In this document: positions 9,767-18,366 of the stretch, one piece after another | Layout of the letters: the number at the start of each line of letters is the position of its first letter | Position numbering within the stretch: position 1 is the stretch's first letter | Source: Acidimicrobiia bacterium | GTDB taxonomy: Bacteria; Actinomycetota; Acidimicrobiia; Spongiisociales; Spongiisociaceae | Assembly (NCBI GenBank): GCA_041576165.1 | Contig: JBFGLM010000005.1 | Location: forward strand, 74,581 to 138,580 | Direction: 5' to 3' | Length of the DNA stretch: 64,000 nt | Made by a program: the position numbers and the translations under genes | Notes under the pieces: generated by a model | Database searches by the model: none | Told to the model about the DNA's origin: nothing | Seen by the model: only the letters and a program-made list of their open reading frames with translations

Positions 9767-10237
9767 TCAGACCTCAGCCCCCTCCATGGAACCGGTGAGC
9801 TTTGCCAGGTTCAGGTCGTACAACAGGCAGGCGATTTCTCGGTCACCGGCGTCCCAGCTGTCGATCGTTGGCGACAGGTACGAGATGTCGAGGCTGGACG
9901 ACTCGTACGTAGTACCGACGTACGACTCGAAGGCCGGCAGGCAGTTCTCGAACGCGGCGTCATCGATTGCCGTGTCACCCGGGAAATCCCCGTCGGGCAG
10001 ATCGAACGTGTGGTAGATCTCGTTGTCGTGCGGCTGCGCGCACGGCACCGCATCGACATTTGCGATTTCGCCGAACTCCGTCGGGTCATCGAAGCAATCA
10101 CCGACCTGAAGGGCGAAGACGTCCTCGCTGCCGGCCTCGATGATGGCACCGGCGTCATCGCGCTGGGCGCCGCCGCAGGCAGCGAGCGCGAGAAGACAGA
10201 CAATGAAGATCGAGCGTAGGCGGACAGAAGTAGGCAT
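9767..10237 (-). CDS. Septum-formation-family lipoprotein
   Basis: Lipobox LAAC; LQVGDCFD, VPCAQPHDNE, PTIDSWDAGDREIAC pattern of the Septum_form family. Confidence 0.8.
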   Translation of the reverse strand: MPTSVRLRSIFIVCLLALAACGGAQRDDAGAIIEAGSEDVFALQVGDCFDDPTEFGEIANVDAVPCAQPHDNEIYHTFDLPDGDFPGDTAIDDAAFENCLPAFESYVGTTYESSSLDISYLSPTIDSWDAGDREIACLLYDLNLAKLTGSMEGAEV

Positions 10238-10293
10238 GCGTACAAATATCGGAAGTCCCCAGCTGGGCCTGAACGATTTCGGGCGGCCGGCCA

Positions 10294-11661
10294 TCATGGC
10301 GATGGGCGCTCGTATCCGATGAGATCGGTGGCCTCCAAATGGCGACCCAGAGCCAGCAACCTTCGCTCCGACCACCATGGCCCAATGAACTGGATCGAGT
10401 GAGGTGGGGCACCGCTATCTCGCAGCGGAACTGTCAGCGCCGGGCACCACATCTGATTGACAGTTGCAGTGAAATAGGCGAGGACGTGGCGATGATTCTG
10501 TGCAACACCGTTCACGTCGATGGTGTCCCGGCCGATGACCTTGCGGGGGTGTCCGACTGTGGGGGTGGCGAGCACGTCGACCGACCGAAAGACCCGCCGG
10601 GCGGCCCCGACCAAGCCCGCCTGCCAGCGTCTCGCGTCGATGAGTTCGTCCAGCGTGACCTCCATGGCGGCGGCCAGCCTGGCCCCGATTTCTGGGCCGT
10701 ACCGCTTGTCGGGGTCGGTGAACCAACTGCGGTGGTAGGCGGCTGCCTCCGCCGCAGACAGCGTCCAGCCCAGGCGGTCGGGCGCCAGCGTGGGTGCAGC
10801 AAGCTCCCCTATGTCGGCGTCCAGGTCGGACAGGCGGTCGAGTGCCTGTTGGAAGGCGTCGCGGGCCTCCCGTGTGGCCGGCGCCTCGTCCAGCCATTGG
10901 GTGGGCAGCCCGACCCGGAGCCCGGCCAACGCGATATCTTCTGGGCTGTCCTCGACCGCCGCCGACCACGGATCTTGCGGATCATCCCCGGCCATCACCT
11001 CGAAGGCCAGCTGGGCGCCGTCGACCGATGAGGCTATGGGCCCCACGGTGTCCAGCGATTCGGCCAGTGGCACGACGCCGGAAATCGGGATCCGCCCGTG
11101 TGTCACCTTCAAGCCCACGGCGCCGCACAGTGCGGCCGGCACTCGCACCGACCCTCCGGTGTCGGTGCCGATGGCGAGAGGGACGATGCCGGATCCCACT
11201 GCGGCCCCCGAACCGCCGGACGAACCACCAGGCGACAGGCTCGGGTCGTAAGGGTTTCTCACGGGCCCGAACCAGTCGTTTTCAGAGTTGAACCCGTACG
11301 CAAACTCGTGCAGTCCGGTCCGGCCGATGACGATCGCTCCGGCCGACTCCATCCGCTCCAACACGGGCGCGGATCGCTCTGCGGTATGGCGATAGAAGCT
11401 GGAGCCGGCCGTCGTAACGTGGCCGGCGTGGTGGATCAGATCCTTGACTGCGATTGGCACTCCTGCCAACGGTCCGAGTGCTGTGCCATCGCCCACCTGC
11501 TGGTCGATTCTTCGAGCTCGCTCCAGAGCCTCGGTGTGGTGGACGTCGGTGAAGGCGTTGAGCTGGTCGGCCTCGGCCGCCGCAAGCGCGGCCTGAGTGA
11601 CTTCGATGGCTGATTGTGATCGGGATCGGACTGCGGCGGAGAGCTGACCGACGGTTACCAC
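10294..11661 (-). CDS. Amidase signature family enzyme
   Basis: PIAVKDL, PGGSSGGS, IGTDTGGSVRVPA. Start GTG 11661 (alternative 11697). Confidence 0.9.
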   Translation of the reverse strand: MVTVGQLSAAVRSRSQSAIEVTQAALAAAEADQLNAFTDVHHTEALERARRIDQQVGDGTALGPLAGVPIAVKDLIHHAGHVTTAGSSFYRHTAERSAPVLERMESAGAIVIGRTGLHEFAYGFNSENDWFGPVRNPYDPSLSPGGSSGGSGAAVGSGIVPLAIGTDTGGSVRVPAALCGAVGLKVTHGRIPISGVVPLAESLDTVGPIASSVDGAQLAFEVMAGDDPQDPWSAAVEDSPEDIALAGLRVGLPTQWLDEAPATREARDAFQQALDRLSDLDADIGELAAPTLAPDRLGWTLSAAEAAAYHRSWFTDPDKRYGPEIGARLAAAMEVTLDELIDARRWQAGLVGAARRVFRSVDVLATPTVGHPRKVIGRDTIDVNGVAQNHRHVLAYFTATVNQMWCPALTVPLRDSGAPPHSIQFIGPWWSERRLLALGRHLEATDLIGYERPSP

Positions 11662-12746
11662 GACACGTTGCGACTGCTCGGGAATACGTTGATCCACGGC
11701 TTGCCCGGCGGCACGGCGATGTCGTTGCCGCGCTCATCGGTCAGAGCGAAAACCTCCGTGATCTCATCCCTTTCCCAGCTGCCCTCCATCACGCGACCCT
11801 CGGCGAAAACCAGAGCCCGGCCGCTGCCGGTCGTGTCGAACGCCGGAACCGCCGAGCCGGACCGCCCTGAGGCCGTGTAGCGGTCGGCAAACAGAACGAT
11901 GAGCGTGTCCGCAGTTATCTGCTCGACCGTCTCGCCGTCCTCGGTGCGCCAGTTGTGGGGCTCGGACCCGGCGAAGCGGAGGTACTTCTCCCCATCCCAT
12001 TTCCAGGTCACGCTCATCGTGCCCGACCAGTTGAAGAAGATGTCTTCGGCGGCGTTCGTTGCGGGGGCGGCAAACTCGCCGAACGTCCACATTGGGGGCG
12101 GAGGCGCTTGGTCCAGCTCACGCCGCTCCATCACTCCTCGGAGCTCCAGCGTGTTCGTATACAGGTTGTGGGGGGCCCGGCGGAACCCCCGACGGAACGT
12201 GATCGGGGACCCGAGATCACCGATCAGCGGGACGTCGCTGCCCACGATGACGCTCTGGACCCACGGCTGGGCCCCGGAGATAGTCAGCACCCCATTCAGG
12301 GGCCGCACCAGAGTGGGATCGGTCGGCCGTCCTGAGCGCATCGGGCCGAGGAATTCGGCATCGGAGTGATGGAAGATCGAGATGAACCTCGTCAATCCCG
12401 CCTCGACCAGCAGCTCGTACACGGCGTCGGCCTGTTCGATCCCCGACTGGGGACGGGCGTTCCAGTGGTTGTCGATCTTGACGGCCACCACTCGCCGCTC
12501 CAGATTGGCCGCCAGCTCCTCATCCTCAATGGGCAGGCCGTTGATGGGCGAGGTGGGCGCCGCTGGTTCGGTGGTGGTAGTCGTGGGTTGGGTGGTGGTC
12601 GTCGGGGCCCCGGTAGTGGTTGTGGTGGCCACTGTTGTGGTCGTCGACGAGGTTGTGGTGGTCTCTTGAGCGACGTCGCCGGAGCCGCTGCACGCCGTCA
12701 CGACGAGCGCCAGCAACGTGAAAGCAGTGAAGAATATGCGTGGCAC
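11655..12746 (-). CDS. DUF3048-family lipoprotein
   Basis: Lipobox VTAC, Thr-rich linker, KIDN...ARPQSG...ADAVYELLVEAGLTRF, GPMRSGR, RAPHNLY. Confidence 0.85.
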   Translation of the reverse strand: MPRIFFTAFTLLALVVTACSGSGDVAQETTTTSSTTTTVATTTTTGAPTTTTQPTTTTTEPAAPTSPINGLPIEDEELAANLERRVVAVKIDNHWNARPQSGIEQADAVYELLVEAGLTRFISIFHHSDAEFLGPMRSGRPTDPTLVRPLNGVLTISGAQPWVQSVIVGSDVPLIGDLGSPITFRRGFRRAPHNLYTNTLELRGVMERRELDQAPPPPMWTFGEFAAPATNAAEDIFFNWSGTMSVTWKWDGEKYLRFAGSEPHNWRTEDGETVEQITADTLIVLFADRYTASGRSGSAVPAFDTTGSGRALVFAEGRVMEGSWERDEITEVFALTDERGNDIAVPPGKPWINVFPSSRNVSW

Positions 12747-12810
12747 GGCCGGCGAGTGTACCGAGCATGCTGCGTTAGCCGGAAAACGGAAATGCCCCGG
12801 GCGGGCGAAC

Positions 12811-13203
12811 TCAGGCGAGCGTCTTGTCCGACAGCACCCGCTGCGCCTCGTCCATCCGGTCAACCGCCAGGGCGAAGACTTGGTCCTCGTTCGTCGTGTG
12901 AAGCAAGTACATGGCGTCTATATTCACCCGGCACTTGGCCAGCTCGTTGGTGAGGTCGGCCAGGCCGCCAGGTTTGTTCGGCACTGTCGTTATCAGCACG
13001 TCCCGTTCTTCGAACCCGACCCCGGCGTCCCGCAACGTGGCCCGGGTGGCGGCCGCATCATCGGCGACGATGCGGACAAACCCCTCCTCATCCACACCAA
13101 ACGCGGCCATGGCGTCGATGTTTACACCCGCCCGAGCGATCAGGGTGGCCAGCGCAGCCAGCATGCCCGGTCGGTTCGACAGCCAAACCGTGAATTCCGT
13201 CAT
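12811..13203 (-). CDS. Tandem ACT domain protein
   Basis: Two ACT repeats: NRPGMLA...GVNIDA and NKPGGLA...RVNIDAMY. Confidence 0.85.
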   Translation of the reverse strand: MTEFTVWLSNRPGMLAALATLIARAGVNIDAMAAFGVDEEGFVRIVADDAAATRATLRDAGVGFEERDVLITTVPNKPGGLADLTNELAKCRVNIDAMYLLHTTNEDQVFALAVDRMDEAQRVLSDKTLA

Positions 13204-13292
13204 GACCCGAGCCTAGGCGTTCCGACCGGCGTTTTGCAGGGGGAGATTGACCACACCGGCCGGGCCCGTCGGCCTCTAGACATGGCGACCGC

Positions 13293-13433
13293 TCAGATCG
13301 CAGGGCAGTCCCGAGCGATCTGGCCGTCACAACATTCCGCTTGATTGAGGCCGAACATGGGACAGTCCGAACGTAAGCAGGCCCCATGGCCGTGGAGATA
13401 CTCCAGTGGCCGGCGACACCAGGCGCAGAGCAT
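13293..13433 (-). CDS. Small Cys/His-rich protein (46 aa), putative metal binder
   Basis: Hand translation: MLCAWCRRPLEYLHGHGACLRSDCPMFGLNQAECCDGQIARDCPAI*. Below the ORF-track length cut-off; fills the gap between sodX and the ACT gene on the same strand. Confidence 0.6.
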   Translation of the reverse strand: MLCAWCRRPLEYLHGHGACLRSDCPMFGLNQAECCDGQIARDCPAI

Positions 13434-13496
13434 GTCCGGGAGTCAACCAGAAGCCGGCCCCGGGAGCGACCATTTCCGCCCGTGGGGGAAGCACGG

Positions 13497-13967
13497 TCAC
13501 TTGATCGGTCCCATGGTGCCGAGCGGCCAGTACCGAAACGCCACCCGCCCCTCGACCAGGCCGACGGGAATCGGCCCGAGCAGGCGGCTGTCCCCAGCAG
13601 AGACGTACCGGTTGTCTCCCACGACGAAAATGGTTCCGGGAGGCACGGTCCAGCTACCGGCGCCGGGTGTCGGCGCGCCGTCGACCGCCGCCCCGTTTCG
13701 GGTCAGTCGGCCGTCCTGGACGCTGATTTCGTCGCCGGGCAATCCAACGACTCGTTTGACGAGCCAGAAGCCCTGCTCCACCGGGTGTTCGAAGATCACC
13801 ACATCGCCGACGCCGAGTGCCGCACTGCGCCGAGATGCCAGGACGTAGTCGCCCGGTGCCAGGCTCGGCTGCATCGACCGTTCGCTGACTTCGAAGCGGT
13901 GGTAGGTAGAGGCCCAGCGAGCCGCCGCCCAGCCAGCCAGGATCGCAAGGAGAAGTCGAAGGCGCAT
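13497..13967 (-). CDS. sodX: S26 peptidase, NiSOD maturation protease
   Basis: SMQPSLAPGD (Ser), LVKRV (Lys), VVGDN...DSR; divergent from sodN. Confidence 0.8.
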   Translation of the reverse strand: MRLRLLLAILAGWAAARWASTYHRFEVSERSMQPSLAPGDYVLASRRSAALGVGDVVIFEHPVEQGFWLVKRVVGLPGDEISVQDGRLTRNGAAVDGAPTPGAGSWTVPPGTIFVVGDNRYVSAGDSRLLGPIPVGLVEGRVAFRYWPLGTMGPIK

Positions 13968-14066
13968 CGGGGGGCTGGGTTGTCCTATGTCGGGCCGGGA
14001 CCGATCGGCGTCGGCTCTGATGACGGCAGTGTATCGTCTGGGAGCCCACGTCTTTCGGAGGTGACC

Positions 14067-14483
14067 ATGGGACTCTTCAAACCGGCCCGCACGGCCCACG
14101 CACACTGTGACCTCTTTTGCGGTGTGTACGACCCCGCCCAGGCCCGCATCGAGGCCGAGTCGGTCCTCAAGGCGGCCGAGAAGTACCATGCCAGCGATGA
14201 CGATGTCTTCCGGGCACGGGCGATCGCCATCAAGGAATCCCAGGCTGAGCTCGTGAAGCACCATCTCTCGGTGCTCTGGACCGACTTCTTCAAGCCTCAC
14301 CACCTCGAACAATTTCCCCAACTGCATGACATGTTCTGGCAGGCGATCAAGGCGGCGGGTGACGCCAAGAAGTCGATGGATCCGGCGGATTCGCAGGACC
14401 TGATCGACAAGATCGAGGCGATCGCCGACGTCTTCTGGCAGACCGACGAGTCGAAGACTGTGGGGCTGTATCCGCCCAGCTGA
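14067..14483 (+). CDS. sodN: Nickel superoxide dismutase precursor
   Basis: GGAGG RBS, leader MGLFKPARTAHA, Ni-hook HCDLFCGVYDPAQARIEA, VKHHLSVLWTDFFKP. Confidence 0.95.
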   Translation: MGLFKPARTAHAHCDLFCGVYDPAQARIEAESVLKAAEKYHASDDDVFRARAIAIKESQAELVKHHLSVLWTDFFKPHHLEQFPQLHDMFWQAIKAAGDAKKSMDPADSQDLIDKIEAIADVFWQTDESKTVGLYPPS

Positions 14484-14500
14484 TCTGCGCTGGCCGCGCG

Positions 14501-14530
14501 GTGACGGCCGCCCTCGGGGGTGGCCGTCAC
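14501..14530. terminator. GC-rich hairpin between convergent sodN and ABC permease
   Basis: GTGACGGCCGCCC-TCGG-GGGTGGCCGTCAC, 13-bp stem with one G-U pair. Confidence 0.55.
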
Positions 14531-14546
14531 GCGTCGGGCAGGCGGG

Positions 14547-15302
14547 TCATTCGCGGGCCAGGTCCAAGGTCCGCAGTACCCAAGTGGTCAACGCCACGGA
14601 CAGGGTGAACAGGACCGCCACTTTGGCCACAGCTCCGCCAACGCCGGGTACGACGTTGCCTAACAGCTCGTCGAGCACTTCGCGCCCGTCCGCGGTGAGA
14701 CGGCCGACATCGCCGAAAGCCGAGAGGGCGGTCCGGAACACCGAAAAGGTGGAGACGCCCTGCACGAAAGAGCCGAGGATCGATTCCCAGACGAACACGA
14801 AAGCCAGGCCGACCAACGTCGGCCGACCTATCAGCAGCCCGAGGGGGACGAACACCGCGGCGTAGCCGATCGCCGAGATGACCAACGCAACGGTGGGGGT
14901 CAATCCGACCGTGGCATCACCGAGCGCCACGGCCGCCACGATCCAGCCGGCGCCGATTCCGATTCCTCCGACTACCAGTGTCGCCACTATCGCAGTCACG
15001 GTCACCGACGAGGCGATGACCCAGCGCGATACCGGCTTGACGATCAGAAACGGCAGGGTCTGGTTCCTTCGTTCTTCGCCGAACCCGGCACTGGCCAGCA
15101 CCAGCGCGGTCACCGGCAGTGCGATAACCATCAGCACCGTCACGTTGAGTGCGGTGTAGATGGACCTGATGTCTTCTCGTGAATTGCCGAACGTCACGAA
15201 GAACAGGACACCGGCCGGCATCGATGTGAGCAGCGACAGGCCGATGAGGCGTCGCACCCGCAGGAGCCGGGCCAGCACGTTTTGGACGATTGCCAGGTTC
15301 AT
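14547..15302 (-). CDS. ABC-2 type permease
   Basis: About 6 TM segments; GEERRNQTLPFLIVKPVSR motif. Confidence 0.85.
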   Translation of the reverse strand: MNLAIVQNVLARLLRVRRLIGLSLLTSMPAGVLFFVTFGNSREDIRSIYTALNVTVLMVIALPVTALVLASAGFGEERRNQTLPFLIVKPVSRWVIASSVTVTAIVATLVVGGIGIGAGWIVAAVALGDATVGLTPTVALVISAIGYAAVFVPLGLLIGRPTLVGLAFVFVWESILGSFVQGVSTFSVFRTALSAFGDVGRLTADGREVLDELLGNVVPGVGGAVAKVAVLFTLSVALTTWVLRTLDLARE

Positions 15303-16243
15303 CGCCCATCCACCAGGTATCGGAACACCGATTCCAGCGACTCGTCCTCCGGCTCGACCTTGATGATCCGCACCGCGGCGTCCCGGGCGGCGCCGGGCAG
15401 CATTTGTGCGAACGCCACAGGTTCGGCCGACTGCACGTGGAGCATCCCGTCTTCGATTTGGATGCCGGTCACGTATGCAGCTGGAAGCAGGACCTGCGCC
15501 AGACGGCGCGGGTCGGACGCATCGATCCGGATCCGGCGCGGGATATGCGACAAGGAATCACGCAATGCCGAGACCGTGCCGGCGGCCGCGAGGCGGCCAT
15601 CAACCATGGCGATCACCCGATCGGCCATTCGCTCGACTTCGGCCAGGACGTGTGAGGAGACGACGACCGTGCGACCCTGCTGCCCCAGGGTCCGGAACAC
15701 GTTGATCAGCTGCGCCCGCTGGGCCGGGTCGGTGCCGTTCAGCGGCTCATCCAAGAAGAGCACGTCGGGATCGTGGACGAGGGCAGAGGCAACCTTGGCG
15801 CGTTGACGCATCCCTTTCGAATACGTCGCCAGCTTTCGGTCGGCGTCGTCGGACAAACCGACGGTGCGCAGGGCGCGAGCGGCCGCAACCGCAGGCTCCG
15901 GAGTTCTCGTCAGCTCTGCGCTCCAGCGGATGAAGCCGCGGGCCGACAGGTGTTCGTATACCGCCTCGTCCTCCGGAACCAGCCCCACGCGGCGGTAGAT
16001 CTCCGGATGGGCTCTGGGATTACCACCATGTATCGCCACGGACCCGGCGGAGGGAACCAGTATCCCGGTCATGAGGCGCAGTAACGTCGTTTTGCCGGCC
16101 CCGTTCGGGCCGAGCCATCCGGTTACCCCCGGGCCGAAGGAGCAGGCAATGTCGGATACGGCCACCTTCTGGCCGAACCACTTGCTGACGTTGTCCAGCT
16201 CGACGGTCGGCTCCGCCACGAACAAGGCTGCCGGGCCCGTCAC
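15299..16243 (-). CDS. ABC transporter ATP-binding protein
   Basis: GPNGAGKTT, YSKGMRQR, LFLDEP, SSH; GTG 16243 overlaps the upstream TGA. Confidence 0.92.
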   Translation of the reverse strand: MTGPAALFVAEPTVELDNVSKWFGQKVAVSDIACSFGPGVTGWLGPNGAGKTTLLRLMTGILVPSAGSVAIHGGNPRAHPEIYRRVGLVPEDEAVYEHLSARGFIRWSAELTRTPEPAVAAARALRTVGLSDDADRKLATYSKGMRQRAKVASALVHDPDVLFLDEPLNGTDPAQRAQLINVFRTLGQQGRTVVVSSHVLAEVERMADRVIAMVDGRLAAAGTVSALRDSLSHIPRRIRIDASDPRRLAQVLLPAAYVTGIQIEDGMLHVQSAEPVAFAQMLPGAARDAAVRIIKVEPEDESLESVFRYLVDGR

Positions 16244-17145
16244 GCGATCCTCCGATATTGCCATCGCGTCACGAGTGCTGCCACGATCACCAACAGCGCT
16301 GCTACGACCAGCGACGCCCAGGGCGCAAACCCAGCTCGTTCGGGCAGATGCTCGATCGTGTCGATGTCGAAGATCCAGTCCCGCACGTACCGGGGATGCT
16401 GCTCCACAGCCACCAGCCCGAACCAGCGGCCGATCGCGAGGTTGGTTCCTTCGATGAAGAACGCGGCCGTGGCGTTGAGGATGAACATCGTTCCAAGGAA
16501 CAGCCCGGCGGCCGCCCCAACTCGCGGGACGAACGCAGCGATCATCACGGCGACGGAGGCGTGAACCGCGAAATAGACGAGAGCCGCCGCCGGGATCTTC
16601 CACAGTACGTCCAGATGGGCGCCGAGATAGGAGAGAAAGCCCGCCCGGTCCACTGCAGCCAGACCGATGTGGAAAGCGAGTTGCGGCACCAGATAGAAAC
16701 TGAGGATCAGTGAGCCGAGCGCCGCCAGCTTGCCCAGCAGGTAGAGATCGCTGTCGAGCGGCCGCGAGAAATAGACGTTGAGCACACCTTGGACCCGGTC
16801 CGGCACAAATAGCTCGGCCGCCGCCAGCGACATGAACAGCAGGGCCACGACCGAGATGAAATCGAAGTATTCGCCGTAACCGGGGAGCAGCTCCTGTCCT
16901 TCGCCGGGAGCGATGGGGGCGTTTGCGGCCACCCAGTGGATGCCGATGAGGATGGCCACCGAGGCGAGCGCCAAGCTGATGAGAAACCATGGCAGAACTT
17001 TGCGCCGCGCCTTGCGGCGTAGGCCCAGCACCCGACGGTAGCCCTCCCGGACGATCGCGCCGACCGCACCTCGCGATCCGGTGCGGTGGCCGTCGTAGCC
17101 GCGGTAGCCGCGATCGACGATGACGGCGTCGCTGCGCTCACTCAC
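16240..17145 (-). CDS. ABC transporter permease
   Basis: Multi-TM; DRGYRGYDG N-terminus, PDRVQGVLNVYFSRPL...YLLGK. Confidence 0.85.
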   Translation of the reverse strand: MSERSDAVIVDRGYRGYDGHRTGSRGAVGAIVREGYRRVLGLRRKARRKVLPWFLISLALASVAILIGIHWVAANAPIAPGEGQELLPGYGEYFDFISVVALLFMSLAAAELFVPDRVQGVLNVYFSRPLDSDLYLLGKLAALGSLILSFYLVPQLAFHIGLAAVDRAGFLSYLGAHLDVLWKIPAAALVYFAVHASVAVMIAAFVPRVGAAAGLFLGTMFILNATAAFFIEGTNLAIGRWFGLVAVEQHPRYVRDWIFDIDTIEHLPERAGFAPWASLVVAALLVIVAALVTRWQYRRIA

Positions 17146-18044
17146 CGGGCGCCTCCCAGGAAGAGATCCTCGAGACTGGTCAGCGACGTCCCCATGCGCC
17201 GCAAGCCGAGCTGGTGCTCGGCGAGCGTGTCGCGGACCAGATCGAACACGTCCGCGCCGCCCCGATAGACGACGCGCACGATCTGGCCGTCGACACGGGC
17301 TTCGGCCCCCCTGGCGGAGAGGGCAGCTGCCAGCTTGCGGGGATCACCGATTATCTCCACGCTGACCTCGTCGCCCCCGGCCGGCGGCTCGAGCGGGGCG
17401 TTGCGGATCAGCCGACCGGCGTCGAACATCACGACCCAATCGCACGTCTGCTCGATGTCCTCGAGTATGTGCGATGAGAAGATCACGTTGATCCCGAACT
17501 CGCGCAGGCGCCGGATCAGCGACAGCATCTGCTCGCGCCCCGCCGGATCCAACCCCGAGGCGGGCTCGTCGAGCAGCACGAGTTCCGGATCGCCCACGAT
17601 GCTCTGCGCCAGCTTGACCCGCTGTTGCATTCCGGTCGAGAAGTCGCCCAGGTAGCGGAACCGCTCCTCGTGCAATCCGACCAGGAATAGTGTCTCGGAC
17701 GACCGCCGGCGAGCTTCGCTGGCTGGCATTCCCGCCAGCTCCGCGGCAAATGCGACGAAGTCGGCCGCGGTTTGATCGAGCGGCAGACATTTGCCTTCGG
17801 GCATGTAGCCAACTCGGGCTCGCACCGCCAGCGGGTCGGCGGCCACGGGCGTGCCGAGCACTGTGACGGAGCCGGCCGCAGGATGGAGCAATCCCAGGAT
17901 GATTCGTAGGAGGGTGGTCTTGCCGGCACCATTGGCGCCGACCAATCCGACGACCCCCTGGGGAATCTCGACGTCGACGTTGTCGAGGGCGAGGACTGTT
18001 CCCCCGTAGTCGTGGCTGAGGGCCGACGTCTCGACGAGGGTCAT
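17142..18044 (-). CDS. ABC transporter ATP-binding protein
   Basis: GANGAGKTT, FSTGMQQR, LLDEP, SSH. Confidence 0.92.
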   Translation of the reverse strand: MTLVETSALSHDYGGTVLALDNVDVEIPQGVVGLVGANGAGKTTLLRIILGLLHPAAGSVTVLGTPVAADPLAVRARVGYMPEGKCLPLDQTAADFVAFAAELAGMPASEARRRSSETLFLVGLHEERFRYLGDFSTGMQQRVKLAQSIVGDPELVLLDEPASGLDPAGREQMLSLIRRLREFGINVIFSSHILEDIEQTCDWVVMFDAGRLIRNAPLEPPAGGDEVSVEIIGDPRKLAAALSARGAEARVDGQIVRVVYRGGADVFDLVRDTLAEHQLGLRRMGTSLTSLEDLFLGGAR

Positions 18045-18048
18045 CCGG

Positions 18049-18279
18049 TCAGGAGGCGTCGGGGCTGCTGCGCCGCCGGATGATGCCGCGCCGTTCGAGC
18101 GGTTCCCGGATCTTGTTGACCGTCCGCCGCGCCCACAGGAACTCCCGGCTCAGCACGAGCAGCCCGCCGATCACCAGGGCCCATCCCGGCAGTATCGGCA
18201 AGACGATGCCGGCCAGGCCCAGGACGATCAGCGCGATGCCGATCAGTCCGGTTCCGATGCGCACGATTGCTCGCCCCAT
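18049..18279 (-). CDS. Small membrane protein (PGPGW-like)
   Basis: Two hydrophobic helices joined by LPILPGW, then LSREFLWARR. Confidence 0.7.
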   Translation of the reverse strand: MGRAIVRIGTGLIGIALIVLGLAGIVLPILPGWALVIGGLLVLSREFLWARRTVNKIREPLERRGIIRRRSSPDAS

Positions 18280-18366
18280 AGCCGTGAGGCTATCCGAATC
18301 TCCGGTCAACGGTGACGGCCTGGGCAACCGAACGGCGGCGCCCAAGGTTTGCCGAAGCGGCCGGAG

